In this document: in pieces, positions 40,428 to 51,700 of the stretch
How the letters are laid out: every line of letters begins with the position of its first letter
How positions within the stretch are numbered: position 1 is the first letter of the stretch
Assembly (NCBI GenBank): GCA_020137815.1
Contig: CM035360.1
Location: forward strand, 62,001-126,000
Direction of reading: 5' to 3'
Origin: Hormiphora californensis
Lineage: Eukaryota > Animalia > Ctenophora
DNA length: 64,000 nucleotides
The notes under the pieces: model-generated
Database searches by the model: none
What the model saw: the letters and a program-made list of their open reading frames with translations, nothing else
Told to the model about the DNA's origin: nothing
Translations under genes and position numbers: made by a program

Positions 40428-43400
40428 ATGTTTCTCCTGTTGCTTGTCCTTGCAGTGGGGGGTCATGTGGGGACTGCTGCTGCTAGTGGTGCACCCCCGG
40501 GACCCCCTAATGTTGTGATCATGCTAATGGACGACATGGGGTGGGGTGATATTGGGGTCCATGGTGAGTGGAAGCATTGTAGACAAGTACAGTCGAACCC
40601 CAATGTACCGGGATGATTATTGCTAGGGGAAGGGTTTTGTCCGGTGAATCTGGGTCCGACTGCAATTTAATGTTATTATATCCGTAGGTTGCCCTGCGAA
40701 GGAAACTCCTAACATTGACAAGATGGCGAGAGAGGGGATGTTGTTTTCTAACTTTTACTCTGCAGCTCCCATCTGTTCTCCCTCCCGGGCTTCTATCATG
40801 ACAGGTATAGTGGGATCTAGTGAAATATGTTGTGAACTAGTTAGATCAGTGATCTAGTGTAGGTAAACTCGTAGGTAAACCAGTAAAATCTGAGCACAAC
40901 TTGCAATGTTCTAATCAATTGAACCAATATCAGGACGTCTACCGATACGGAATGGGTTCTATACGACCAACAGACATGGTGTGAATGCCTACACGCCACA
41001 GCAGATTGTAGGGGGAATTGATGAGAGTGAAATACTACTTTCTGAACTCCTCAAAGAGGTACTTGAAACTGTTGTGCCATCTAGTATAATTCAAGTTGAT
41101 TAATTGTCATCTCGATCGGATTCTTTAGTTTATTCTCTAACTACAATCCAATAGAGCAAAGTACATCCCAATCCCAGGCGGGATATAAAAGCAAGGTCAT
41201 TGGAAAGTGGCACCTGGGGCACAGACCTCAATATCTCCCCCTGAACCGAGGCTTTGATGAGTTTGTTGGATCCCCTGACTGCCACTTTGGACCATATGAT
41301 GACGTCAAAATACCCAATCTACCGGTATGAAACATCCCCCCTGCTTTGTCTGTCTGGTATTACACTGACCAAGCTGTTCTTGAGTGTGAACAAGAGTGAA
41401 GCTAAACGAGTACTCAGGTATTGGACAGACATTGTTATTGGTTACCATGGTAACATCTCTGCAGGTATTTCGAGATGATAAGATGATAGGTCGATATTTC
41501 ACCAACTTTACGATACAAAACGGGGTATCAAACTTGACTCAGCTGTACATCAAAGAGGGGCTAGACTTCATCGACAAACACGTTAGTAACCATTGTCACC
41601 ATGGTGTTACTATGGTGAAATTGAAAAACTCAATCTGATAATGACACACTGTTTATTCACTACCCAGGCAAAATCTGAAACCCCGTTCCTGCTCTACTGG
41701 ACTCCTGATGCCAACCACCAACCCCAATACAGTTCTGAGATGTTCCATAAGAAGAGTATAAGAGGTAAATGCAGCTAATATTTGATACAGTACACATTAG
41801 GTACGCATATATGACTAGGTAATCTAGTACAAGTTGCCACATGCCGAAATCAGACATGTACAATAACAACAAAGGCAAAGAGCTGGGCGGTGAGACAACT
41901 GCAGATAACTGGCTTGCTAATTGCGTTTCCTCTTTCTAACACACGTACTAGGTGTATTTCCTACACAGCTAGCTAGCTTTGTTAGCATTCCCACAAAGTT
42001 TCTTTAATTCTTAGATGAACTGTTTCTCCTGTTCCTGTAAACAAAACAGGACCCTGATGAACTCTGGTATCAATCTTACTAACTGTTTCCCTGCAGGTAC
42101 CCGATACGGGGACTCAGTAATGGAGATAGACTACGGAGTGGGACTGATCCTCAGAAGGCTGAAAGACCTGGGAATTGATAAGAATACATTGGTGGTGTTT
42201 ACTAGTGATAATGGGGCAGAGACACTCATCAAACAAAAGGGTATAAACTAAAGGTTGCACGGGGATAATCCAAAAAACTATAGTCTACACGTGAAATCAG
42301 CTGGGAGGTCCTCTAGTCCATCCCCTTCAGTATGAATTAGTCGACTCTGACTTTATTGGGACTAATATTGCGCCCAAGCTCTTTTCTAGATGTTAAAATA
42401 TGTCATATTCCTGTAGACTTACCCATGAATCATGAGAGAGATGTAATGAGCTAACACACATTACACACAGGTGGTAGTAATGGACCACTACTGTGTGGTA
42501 AGCAGACAACATTTGATGGAGGAATGCGGGAACCAGGAATCTTCTGGTGGCCAGGTGAACCTCACAATTTGCTTCACCACCATTTCACCACCATATATTG
42601 CCTTCTTGCTTCATCTCAGAGAGCAACTAAAACCCCAACTAAACCCCATCAGGTGTGATTGCGCCGGGGCAAGTAACCCATCAACTAGGAACCACAATGG
42701 ATATCTTTGTAACCGCTGCCCAACTAGCCGGACTAACACTACCCTCTGATAGGTGATTAGTCATGATGTGTCCATTATATATGGTCAATTAGTCAAGATG
42801 TGTCCATATATGGTCAATCAGTCATTATGTGCCCTTATATGGTCAATTAGTCAAGATGTGTTTCCATATTTGGTGTTATAATACCCATATCCGATAGGCA
42901 ATACGATGGGATTGATTTGTGGCCCGTGCTAAGTGGGGAAGTAAAGAACATTGATCGAGCTGTATGGTTCTACAGGTAAGAAGGGTACTAAATATGTACT
43001 AATAGGGTTACTATGGTTAGAGCGGTCAAAAGCCTGAGGAAAAAGGATCGAGATGTACCACTCGAGTATAACACTCTGCTATTAAGTCGCTGGAATGCAA
43101 CCATCTAGTCGTATCGCAACTCTAAGCAAAGCCTGAGGAAAAAGGATCGAGATGTACCACTCGAGTATAACACTCTGCTATTAAGTCGCTGGAATGCAAC
43201 CATCTAGTCGTATCGCAACTCTAAGCACCACCCTCCCCCAATTATTGTAATTGTTAAATCCATACACAGGGGTAACGAGATGTTTGCAGCCCGGGTTGGG
43301 AGGTACAAGGTGCACTATTGGACGTGGTCACATGAAAAATATGAGTTCTGTCCTGGACAGAGGGTATCTAACCTAACTACACCCCATCAAGTAGGAACTA

Positions 43401-43986
43401 TGTAATAACCCGCTATAATACCCCAAGTGTTATAGTAAACATGTGAACTATAACACCGCCATTACACATGAACTGCCCCCCCCCCTCCGGCCTTGCATAA
43501 CCAAGTTCATATTCAATCTCGAATACTAGCACAAATAAAACTCCCCTACTTCTAACCAGGTAAATAGGACACTGGACCCGATTGTTATTGATATTGAGAA
43601 GGACCCGGGAGAGAAGTACTTTCTGGGAGGGGGAGCCCGGAAAGCGGGGCTGAAACTCGTGCAGCCCTGGGTGGATGAACACAAGGCAACTTTAGTACCA
43701 GGTAAATTAATTAATTAACTACAACCCTCAAGTACCGGCCCTTTAGTGATAAACGTCTTATTAAATAAGACCCCCTAAAACCCCCTGCCTTGTTCAACCC
43801 TCTCGGCTCTCTTCCTCCGCACCCCACGTTAGAACTTAAACTACTGTATTCCCTTCAGGAGAGCCATCACTAAACTACTGTGATAAGATGGTAATGAACT
43901 GGGCGCCTCCCGGATGTGAGGATATAGATTACTGTCTACCTATACCTTCTACCTCCAGCATTAAACTGTGTGATTGGGACCATTAA
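40428..43986 (+). CDS. GALNS: N-acetylgalactosamine-6-sulfatase
   Basis: Signal peptide, [15 protein letters not shown], formylglycine motif [58 protein letters not shown] and C-terminal [13 protein letters not shown]; multi-exon. Confidence 0.95.
43028..43226. repeat. Perfect 99-bp tandem duplication in a GALNS intron
   Basis: AAAGCCTGAGG...CAACTCTAAGC twice. Confidence 0.9.
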
Positions 43987-44028
43987 AAAACACTGACTTC
44001 GGGATATGGTTAAAAAGAAATAAATAAA

Positions 44029-44547
44029 TTAGTTAAAAATGTCAATCTGTGGTTTGCTTTTCTCCTTGTCAAGACCCTGTAACTCTGCCAATGCCTGTAC
44101 AATTAATTTTATCCTCGATTTGATATCACAACTCTTATCAGTCATTTTCTCAGCCTTCACCGTCAGTTGGTCGATCCTCTTCTTTACAACCCTAGTAGCC
44201 TCCTCAAATGTGCACTGGACATGAAGTCCCAACCCAACATCAACAAATATATAATCAGTGTTTTTCACTTCAGCCTGCATGAAGTATTCACACCCAATGT
44301 TCACTTTAGATTTGATCGGCCGCTTCTTTATCGGTAGGACTCGGTCGATATAAGTTTGCAGCTTTGTGTATTCTGATATCTCCTCATAAACAGCGTCTCT
44401 CTGCTCCAAAACATACTTCAAATCATTTTTCAGAACTTCATTCACGAACTCCTCATATTTCTGGATTTTCTCAGCCACTGCATCGGAGGATTGGACCTCA
44501 GACTGGTTCACTATAACACTCTCAGGATTGTAATCATAATACGCCAT
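44029..44547 (-). CDS. UXT: UXT, prefoldin alpha-like subunit (intronless CDS)
   Basis: EKIQKYEEFVNEVLKNDL..VNIGCEYFMQAEV..IFVDVGLGLHVQCTFEEA..LAELQGL. Confidence 0.9.
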   Translation of the reverse strand: MAYYDYNPESVIVNQSEVQSSDAVAEKIQKYEEFVNEVLKNDLKYVLEQRDAVYEEISEYTKLQTYIDRVLPIKKRPIKSKVNIGCEYFMQAEVKNTDYIFVDVGLGLHVQCTFEEATRVVKKRIDQLTVKAEKMTDKSCDIKSRIKLIVQALAELQGLDKEKSKPQIDIFN

Positions 44548-44899
44548 GTACCTGACCTAATGGGAGAGTGTGTGGTAAGGGGCGGGCACAAGAATCAACA
44601 TCAAAGATGCTGCACCCGCGGGTAGGCGGTAGCCGGAAAAAAATAAAGAGACCTACGACAGGTATACGGGGTACGGTATATGAAGGTTGTAGGTGAGACC
44701 TTAATAATAATAATAATATACATTTGATATACCGCTTTTATGCGTTATAAATGGAGGAAACAACTAAAGAACCTAATGGCTAGTGTTGTATGAACATCTC
44801 TCCACCGCGACTAAAGCGGTCGTCTTGGAATAATAAAATAAAAAGCTATGCTGGCCCCCAGGGATAAGGCAGCGCTTTTCAAGGTGAGCCTTGGCCTAT

Positions 44900-45121
44900 T
44901 AGTGGAAGCTCTTACGGTAATTCCCACGCCCCGTGGGAAAGTTTTTGAGCGTGAGAAAGTTTTCAAACCGTGGGAAAAGAGAGATACATACAATAACATA
45001 CAAAAAATAATTATTTTTTTAATGTTATTGTATGTATCTCTCTTTTCCCACGGTTTGAAAACTTTCCCACGGTCAAAAACTTTCCCACGGGGCGTGGGAA
45101 TTACCGTAAGAGCTTCCACTA
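44900..45121. mobile_element. Near-perfect palindromic MITE
   Basis: TAGTGGAAGCTCTTACGGTAATTCCCACGCCCCG...CGGGGCGTGGGAATTACCGTAAGAGCTTCCACTA. Confidence 0.9.
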
Positions 45122-45502
45122 TATGCTAAAGTCAAATTTTTTATTTAAGCGACAGGCCGCCGCGCATCAAAATGCAGCGCTTGAAATCGATTTCCAGTTC
45201 CTGATGAGCTAGCGACTTTTTCTTGGTGCCATTGGAAAGATAAACATTTTATCTTTCCAACGCAACCAGGATCAAGTCTTTATCTTATCAGGAACCGGAG
45301 ATATGACCAATTAACTAATTGTGTGTCGCTTAAATAAAAAATTCGACTAAAGTTCGTTTCAAGCGACTTGACCCGTAATTCTTGGAATTCGGCGCATCGC
45401 GCGTGTATTTACAAAGGGGAAATCCTGAATTTCCAGGAATCTCAGGTCAAGTCGTTTGAAACGCACTTTATACAGTAGGGTTATCTATTTGCGCAACGAA
45501 AG

Positions 45503-45541
45503 TCAAACTTTTCAACACTACTTTAAACAAATTAATTTGAG
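45503..45541 (+). other. Genomic copy of the ctenophore spliced-leader exon (retroposed, no GT donor after it)
   Basis: TCAAACTTTTCAACACTACTTTAAACAAATTAATTTGAG matches the Pleurobrachia SL as recalled; followed by TTTTAGG, 46 nt before an ATG. Confidence 0.85.
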
Positions 45542-45587
45542 TTTTAGGATAAAGCTGATGTAACAGCCCACGAGGGGCAGAAAGAAA

Positions 45588-46607
45588 ATGGTAAATACGG
45601 ATAATGAAGAAGAAGCAACTCCTCGGATTTACCTGGTAGCTCATCCTGGGAAACCGGCTACTGATATTGATAGGAGGAATGTCAACGACTGCCAACATGA
45701 TACAGTATATTGGGTAAAAGACTTGTTGTCGGAGTGTTCAGGGTTTGGATACAGTAACCCAGAGGCAGTGAGATATGGAACTGGTCCTCCACCAAGGTCT
45801 ACCTGGGATGATTTGGAGGTTCCGTCTGCGAGCAAGCTTAATACGCTGACGAAGAAAAAGCTGTTAGATTTTACTAAGAGGGCGTGTGGTATTTTGCTTG
45901 AACAGACATTCCCACTAATTCAAAAGTTGCGTGACAAGGGTTGTGAAAGTATGATGGTTAGAGAGTGCAAAGAGGAGCTCAGACAGCACGGAAAGGAGCT
46001 AATTAAAGCTCAACGAGACCTAGTAGCGGCACAAGAGGAACTACTCAATATCCAGAGGCAGTTGCTTGAAAAGAGGGAGGTTGAGATTACAGCTGTGCAG
46101 TCAACGGCACAGCAAGAAATGAAGAGCTTCTCCTCCGTTTTGAAGGAAGAATGTGCCTCGGCGCTGGCGCCAAAGAAAATTCAATCAGCTATTGTGGCAG
46201 CCTCTGAGGACCGTGGGTGCAACATCATCATCCATGGCCTGGAAGAGTCAATAAATAGTAGCGTGGAGCTTGAAACTCAAGTAGAGTCTCTTCTTGTTGA
46301 GCTAGGAGAGACTCAGAACGTGAAATCAGTGGAGCGCTTGGGAAGGCAGTCTTTAACTGTCAGACCAGTGAAAGTCGTACTGAAGAGCAGAGACGCTCAG
46401 ATGTCGATCCTGTCGAAAAAATCCCGACTAAAAAGGACCGGCAAGTTCGATAAGGTCTTCATTTCGCCTGACAGGACTTTGGAGGAACGAAATGAGAGAA
46501 GACAGCTTGTTGATCGACTGAAGGAAATGGTTCAAAGGTATCCTGGAAAACACTACTTCATTCGTGGGAAGGAGGTGGTGGAAGCACCAGGGACCACTGA
46601 GAATTGA
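45588..46607 (+). CDS. LINE ORF1-like protein (coiled coil, RRM-like domain, C-terminal domain), 339 aa
   Basis: Heptad region followed by NIIIHGLEE..VERLG..RPVKVVL..VFISPDRTLEERNERRQLV..LK, typical of CR1/L2-group ORF1p. Confidence 0.85.
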   Translation: MVNTDNEEEATPRIYLVAHPGKPATDIDRRNVNDCQHDTVYWVKDLLSECSGFGYSNPEAVRYGTGPPPRSTWDDLEVPSASKLNTLTKKKLLDFTKRACGILLEQTFPLIQKLRDKGCESMMVRECKEELRQHGKELIKAQRDLVAAQEELLNIQRQLLEKREVEITAVQSTAQQEMKSFSSVLKEECASALAPKKIQSAIVAASEDRGCNIIIHGLEESINSSVELETQVESLLVELGETQNVKSVERLGRQSLTVRPVKVVLKSRDAQMSILSKKSRLKRTGKFDKVFISPDRTLEERNERRQLVDRLKEMVQRYPGKHYFIRGKEVVEAPGTTEN

Positions 46608-46933
46608 AATTAAATTTGTTGAGTTTAGAAGTGATGAGCGAGGAAAGGACAGTTGAGTTGAAAGGTGGTCATTTGTTTGATAGCCTCAATTATTTTTCAA
46701 GTTTCAAGTTTCAAGTTTCAAGGAATGTTCGGGCGTCCAGCATGATGACCAGGGGACTTAAGGGGTTCAGAGAATCACTTGCGCGTAGGCAGCAACCCTG
46801 TGGGCGAGCCGTACGGGCCGATAGTTAATAATAGTTTTTTAAAGTTTTTAAAAGTTAATAAAAGTTAAAAATGCGCGGCACCCTGAAAAGCCGAAAAAAA
46901 ATAACTTTTTCAGGGTTCCGCGCATTTTTAACT

Positions 46934-47571
46934 ACTAGTAAGCCCGCTCGCCCTACGGGCGAATGTCGGGGATGGTCAATGGTCATACAGTAAACTAAGC
47001 AAATAGTGTAGTATCATTTGAAATTTTTTAAATCAGTAAATTTATCAGGTAAATTAACCACAGCGATTCTTTCGACAGAAAAACCACGGGTCCTCTTTTG
47101 CCAGGTCCTGAAGTATTTTATGAAGGAGCACATTTGCAAAATACTTTCACGTATTACTGCCATTTCTTATTAGTGCCATTGATACTTTGTTATTACGTGT
47201 GTTGACAACATTTTTTGAATAATATAATCACCTCTTTTTTAGGATTCTATCACGTAGTCTATAGGCGTCAGCGCCAGTTTGGGACATATGGCTCCTCCAA
47301 ACTCGCTGGCGATTGTGTTGAAGTTGAGTAGTCATGTTCACGAAACGTGGTGAACAGGGGGTGAACAGATCAAATCGAGCAAACGATCAATCACACAACC
47401 GGCAGAGAGATGAATCAAGGATGCACGTGCAGTTTAAGGCTCAAGCTGGCAGGTTGCCAGGGTCCCTCTAGGGACAACACGTGCAAAAGGCCATTTCCAG
47501 GAATTTTGTGCCATATTTGGTAAAAAAACCATCACCCATCATTTCCCTATTTGCTTTAATAATAGTATGAT
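46934..47571 (+). mobile_element. Helentron-associated (HINE-like) non-autonomous element
   Basis: Begins ACTAGTAAGCCCGCTCGCCCTACGGGCGA (short hairpin) and ends GCTTTAATAATAGTATGAT; interrupts the host inverted repeat. Confidence 0.5.
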
Positions 47572-47699
47572 TTATAACTTTTATTAACTTTTAAAAACTT
47601 TAAAAAACTATTATTAACTATCGGCCCGTACGGCTCGCCCACAGGGTTGCTGCCTGCGCGCATATGATTCTCTGAATCCATTTAGACCCCCGGTCCTCA

Positions 47700-47926
47700 T
47701 AGGGATCCCTAATAAAGTTGTGACTTGTCACCAAACATGTGGTTCCCGTGGCGGCGCGGCTTCAAAACCCTTGTCAATGCGCGATTGTAACTTGTCACCG
47801 CATGGTTTGCACCGCGCCGCAGCTACGCGCAGTGGGAACCATGTGCGTTTTGGTACGCGGTGACAAGTCACAACTGCGCCTCCGCAAGACTACAGTGACA
47901 AGTCACAACTTTATTAGGGATCCCTA
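47700..47926. mobile_element. MITE nested in the host foldback arm
   Basis: TAGGGATCCCTAATAAAGTTGTGACTTGTCAC...GTGACAAGTCACAACTTTATTAGGGATCCCTA. Confidence 0.88.
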
Positions 47927-48105
47927 TGCTGGACGCCCGAAGTCTCGAAAAGCCAATTCCAAAGATCGATAACCCTCAAAGCCGTGGAAAACGCGCGCAC
48001 TTGGGGCCTGCAGCGCATGCCAAAGGTGAGCCGTGAGACCAAAAATGTCAAATTTCGCGATTGGTGGAAGTTTTTGGAAGGTTTTTAAAATTTTGATTTC
48101 TCTAA

Positions 48106-48257
48106 ATGAGGCCCCTCGGAAATGTTCAAGTCATGCACAATCAAGTCACGCCCACCAATCACAGCTTAGAACGCGCGGAGTGCTTCGCGCGTTCTGAGCT
48201 GTGATTGGTGGGCGTGACTTGATTGTGCATGACTTGAACATTTCCGAGGGGCCTCAT
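48106..48257. repeat. 152-bp palindrome immediately upstream of LIG3
   Basis: ~73-bp arms, nearly perfect; each arm carries CCAAT and CACGCCC. Confidence 0.9.
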
Positions 48258-48720
48258 AAAATCAACATAACAGGCGCGGCGTAGTTCAAACTTCCAATTT
48301 TACAGGAATCGGCTGAAAAGGCGGACAAAACGCTGCATTCGCGCCGCGCTCAGTAAGTTTATGCGACACGACGCCCAAACTTTTCAAGATGGCCGTTTTT
48401 TGCTTCTTTTTTCGTCCTCCCGGTGTGTCTGTTGCCTGTAACTGGCCCCTATTGTCAAGCGTTTTAGTTCCATCCCGTGCATTCTGCAACAAGGTTCAGG
48501 CAGCGTATGCAAGCCACCTGGTTGCAGGTTGACGAGTGTTTGGTGGCCATCAGCGGTCAGCCACACCCTATGGGCATCAAGACTCAGCGTAGACTGACAT
48601 TTTTGGAGGGTTTGTGAGACTAGCGCTCCTTCCAGCTAGCACGAAGTCATCTAAATCCCTTCAGAAAATTTTGATAACTCACGGCTGCGGGCTGACCAGG
48701 TTCACTTCCAGCAATAGCTC

Positions 48721-51700
48721 ATGTCTAGCGATACCCAACTATTATTCCGATGTGATTATGCTAAGACAAACCGTAGTGGCTGCAAGAAATGCAAGGTAAT
48801 ATGTTTGTATGAAGTTGACTCATCAATTGTCTCCAGTATCATTTGTCTATTCATCTAATATTTGGTATCATTTGACAGGAAAAGATTGACAAGGGGGTAC
48901 TACGGATTGCTAAATTGAAGACCAATCCGTTCAGTGATGACGGAGGGCTGATGACAGATTGGCATCATGCTAAATGTGTCTTTGAAACATTCGCTAAAGC
49001 CAGGGTGTGTAGTCAAACATCGTGTCCATACTGTTGAACAAAATCACTAGCACCTTTAAATCTTGCCTAGCTAGACTCTGTTTCGCGTGCCCGCCCGCCC
49101 TCCTTTACAAATTGAAAGGAGGGTTAGAACATAACAATATAAATCACCGTGTTATCCTCCCAAAGGCAACGACGAAGAAGATTGAATGCCCGGAAGATAT
49201 TGAGCATTTTGATACGTTAGAAGATGCTGATAAGAAGATCATTGAAGACCTGATAGCCAACTATCTGGCTACAAGAAAGGATGTCAAATCTAAAACCCCC
49301 GCTAAGAAAAAACAAGCGCCTGGCCAATCTGTTCTCTCTCCGCCTCCTCCAGCCACATCAAACAACAAGCCTGGCACACCTTTAAAATCTCCCAACAAAA
49401 AGCCCTCGTCAGAACCTTTTAGCGTAAGTATTGAGTGTACTTAGGTACATACTGTTGTTCAGAATCAGAAAGTTTTGACAGTGAGTCTACACCGTTTCGT
49501 TTTGCAAGTAAACAACCAATCAGAACTCATTATTTAGGTCACGTGACTGGTTATCAGCCAATCAGGGACCAGTATTTGCTGGTCGGTTCCTGATAGTGAG
49601 TCTACACCGTTTCGTTTTACAAATAAAGATACAATATGATTAGAAATATAATTGTTTTAGGTAATTGTGGGACTGTGTGACAAGCTACGAAAAGAAACAA
49701 GTTACAATGCCAAAAGCGAAATAATTCAGAATTACATCTCCAAGTCTCCACCAAACCCCTATCTCTCCCTCAAACTTCTCATCCCCTCCGTCGATAAGAG
49801 AGTGTACAATTTGGGTGACAAACAGATTGTCAAGGTGCTATCGGTTGTCCTAAAAACGTCGCAAGATGAGATGATAGAACATCTTGAAAAGGGTGACGTG
49901 GGGGCAACGGGACGACACTACTACAAACGGTCCTCACTCCGCAAACCTGACATTGCCATAGCAACCATGGAACAAGTTGACAAGTTCCTGGAAAAACTAA
50001 CTGGTATGACGCGAGAGGATGAGCAGGTGCTACATTTTAAATCCTTTATTCCCCTGTGTACACCAATCGAACTACAACATCTGCTGTACCTCATCAAGAA
50101 GGATTTGAGGATTAACGCTCGAGAGAAACACATCCTGATAGGAGTACACCCCCGGGCATACACCGCCTTTCAGCACTCACACAATCTCCGTGATGTGGTC
50201 GATAAGTTTATCGGAGGAGTATCAGGAGGGGAGTCTAGTACAACAACAAGTAATGTTGGATTACAACTGATGACACCCATTAGACCCATGTTGGCTGAGG
50301 CGTGTAAATCAGTGGCCCAAGCACTTGGAAAGTGTCCGCAGGGAATGTACAGTGAAATCAAGTATGACGGAGAGAGGGTTCAACTCCACAAAAAGGATAA
50401 AGAGTTCCAGTTTTTTAGCCGCAGTTTGAAACCAGTTTTACCTCACAAAGTGAAAGATGTGAAAGAGTTTGTACCAAAAGCATTTCCCACCGGGAACTCT
50501 CTAATTCTAGATTGTGAAGTTCTGTTAGTGGACAACTGCACTGGTAAACCCCTTCCGTTTGGTACTCTTGGTGTGCATAAGAAGGAGCAGTTCAAGAGTG
50601 CCAGTGTGTGCTTGTTCGTGTTCGATATCCTGTATCTGAATGGAGAGAGCTTGGTTGGGAAGACGGTCAAGAAAAGAAGGGCGCTGTTAGCAGATATAAT
50701 CACTGAGATACCAAACAGAATCCTACTTAGTGAGATGAAGGTGAGACAAAAAATAGGAGTATTACATTGATAATCTGATATTTGGATGATGTATAAATTA
50801 TCCGTCGTACTAATTAGTATAGGCAAGTGTAAACTATTTTGACAAGGCTAATATCGATAGTTGCTAACATACCCTCCTTTCAGTTGCTAACATACCATCC
50901 TTTCAGTTTGTCAAGACAGCCAGTGAGCTAGCTGGTATGATATCTCATGTCCTGAGAGAGGGACTGGAAGGTCTTGTACTGAAGGGTGTGGAGACCATCT
51001 ACGAACCTGGAAAGAGACATTGGCTGAAAGTGAAGAAGGATTACCTTCAGGTAACATCGGGAGAGAGGCAGAGAAAGAGAGTAGAGACAGAGTAGACACA
51101 GATACAGACACAGTCCACAGACACAGACAGAGAATCAAAAGAGCGGTACGCATGACCCAACTGCAACCATATAATATCATTATCATCCTCTCTACTACAA
51201 TTATTGCCCCCAGGGTGGCTCCATGGCTGATAGTGCTGATCTGGTGGTGCTAGGTGGTTATCTAGGAACGGGTAACAAGGGTGGTATGTGCTCTGTCTTC
51301 CTCATGGGGTGTTACTGCCCTGTCTCAAAGATGTGGAAAACTGTCTGTAAAGTCGGAAATGGGTAGGTAGCTGTCATGTTTAGTAGCCCTGCCGTATAAC
51401 ATCTGTATCTAAATTCAGATCTCTCGCTCCCTTACCTCCACTTGATATCTAACATCCCTCCCCTATCACCATTCTCCTCTCTAATTAGCTGTCTTACCAC
51501 CCTCTCTAATCAACCCTCTATTCCCAACAGGCACGACGATGCAGCCCTGGAGAAAATCAGTAATCACATGTTAATCACAGCCACCAAGATTAAGGGAGAT
51601 TACTCCCGGAAACCCCCCTGGCTCTCCATTTCCCGGGGTCTCATGCCCGATTTCCTGGTTCCAGATCCCAAATCCTCCCCCGTTTGGGAGATAACGGGGG

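Larger units (their letters stand above)
45503..46722 (+). mobile_element. SL-headed ORF1-only non-LTR retroelement / retrocopy
   Basis: SL, short 5' UTR, intact intronless ORF, ~90-nt 3' UTR and (TTTCAAG)4 tail; interrupts one arm of a host inverted repeat. Confidence 0.75.
46728..47942. mobile_element. Composite foldback element hosting nested insertions
   Basis: TTCGGGCGTCCAGCAT...ATGCTGGACGCCCGAA arms; 46780-46870 is inverted at 47575-47665. Confidence 0.75.

Noticed and set aside
45503-45600. SL RNA gene
   Set aside because: No GT donor or SL intron portion follows the exon; it runs directly into an mRNA-like sequence
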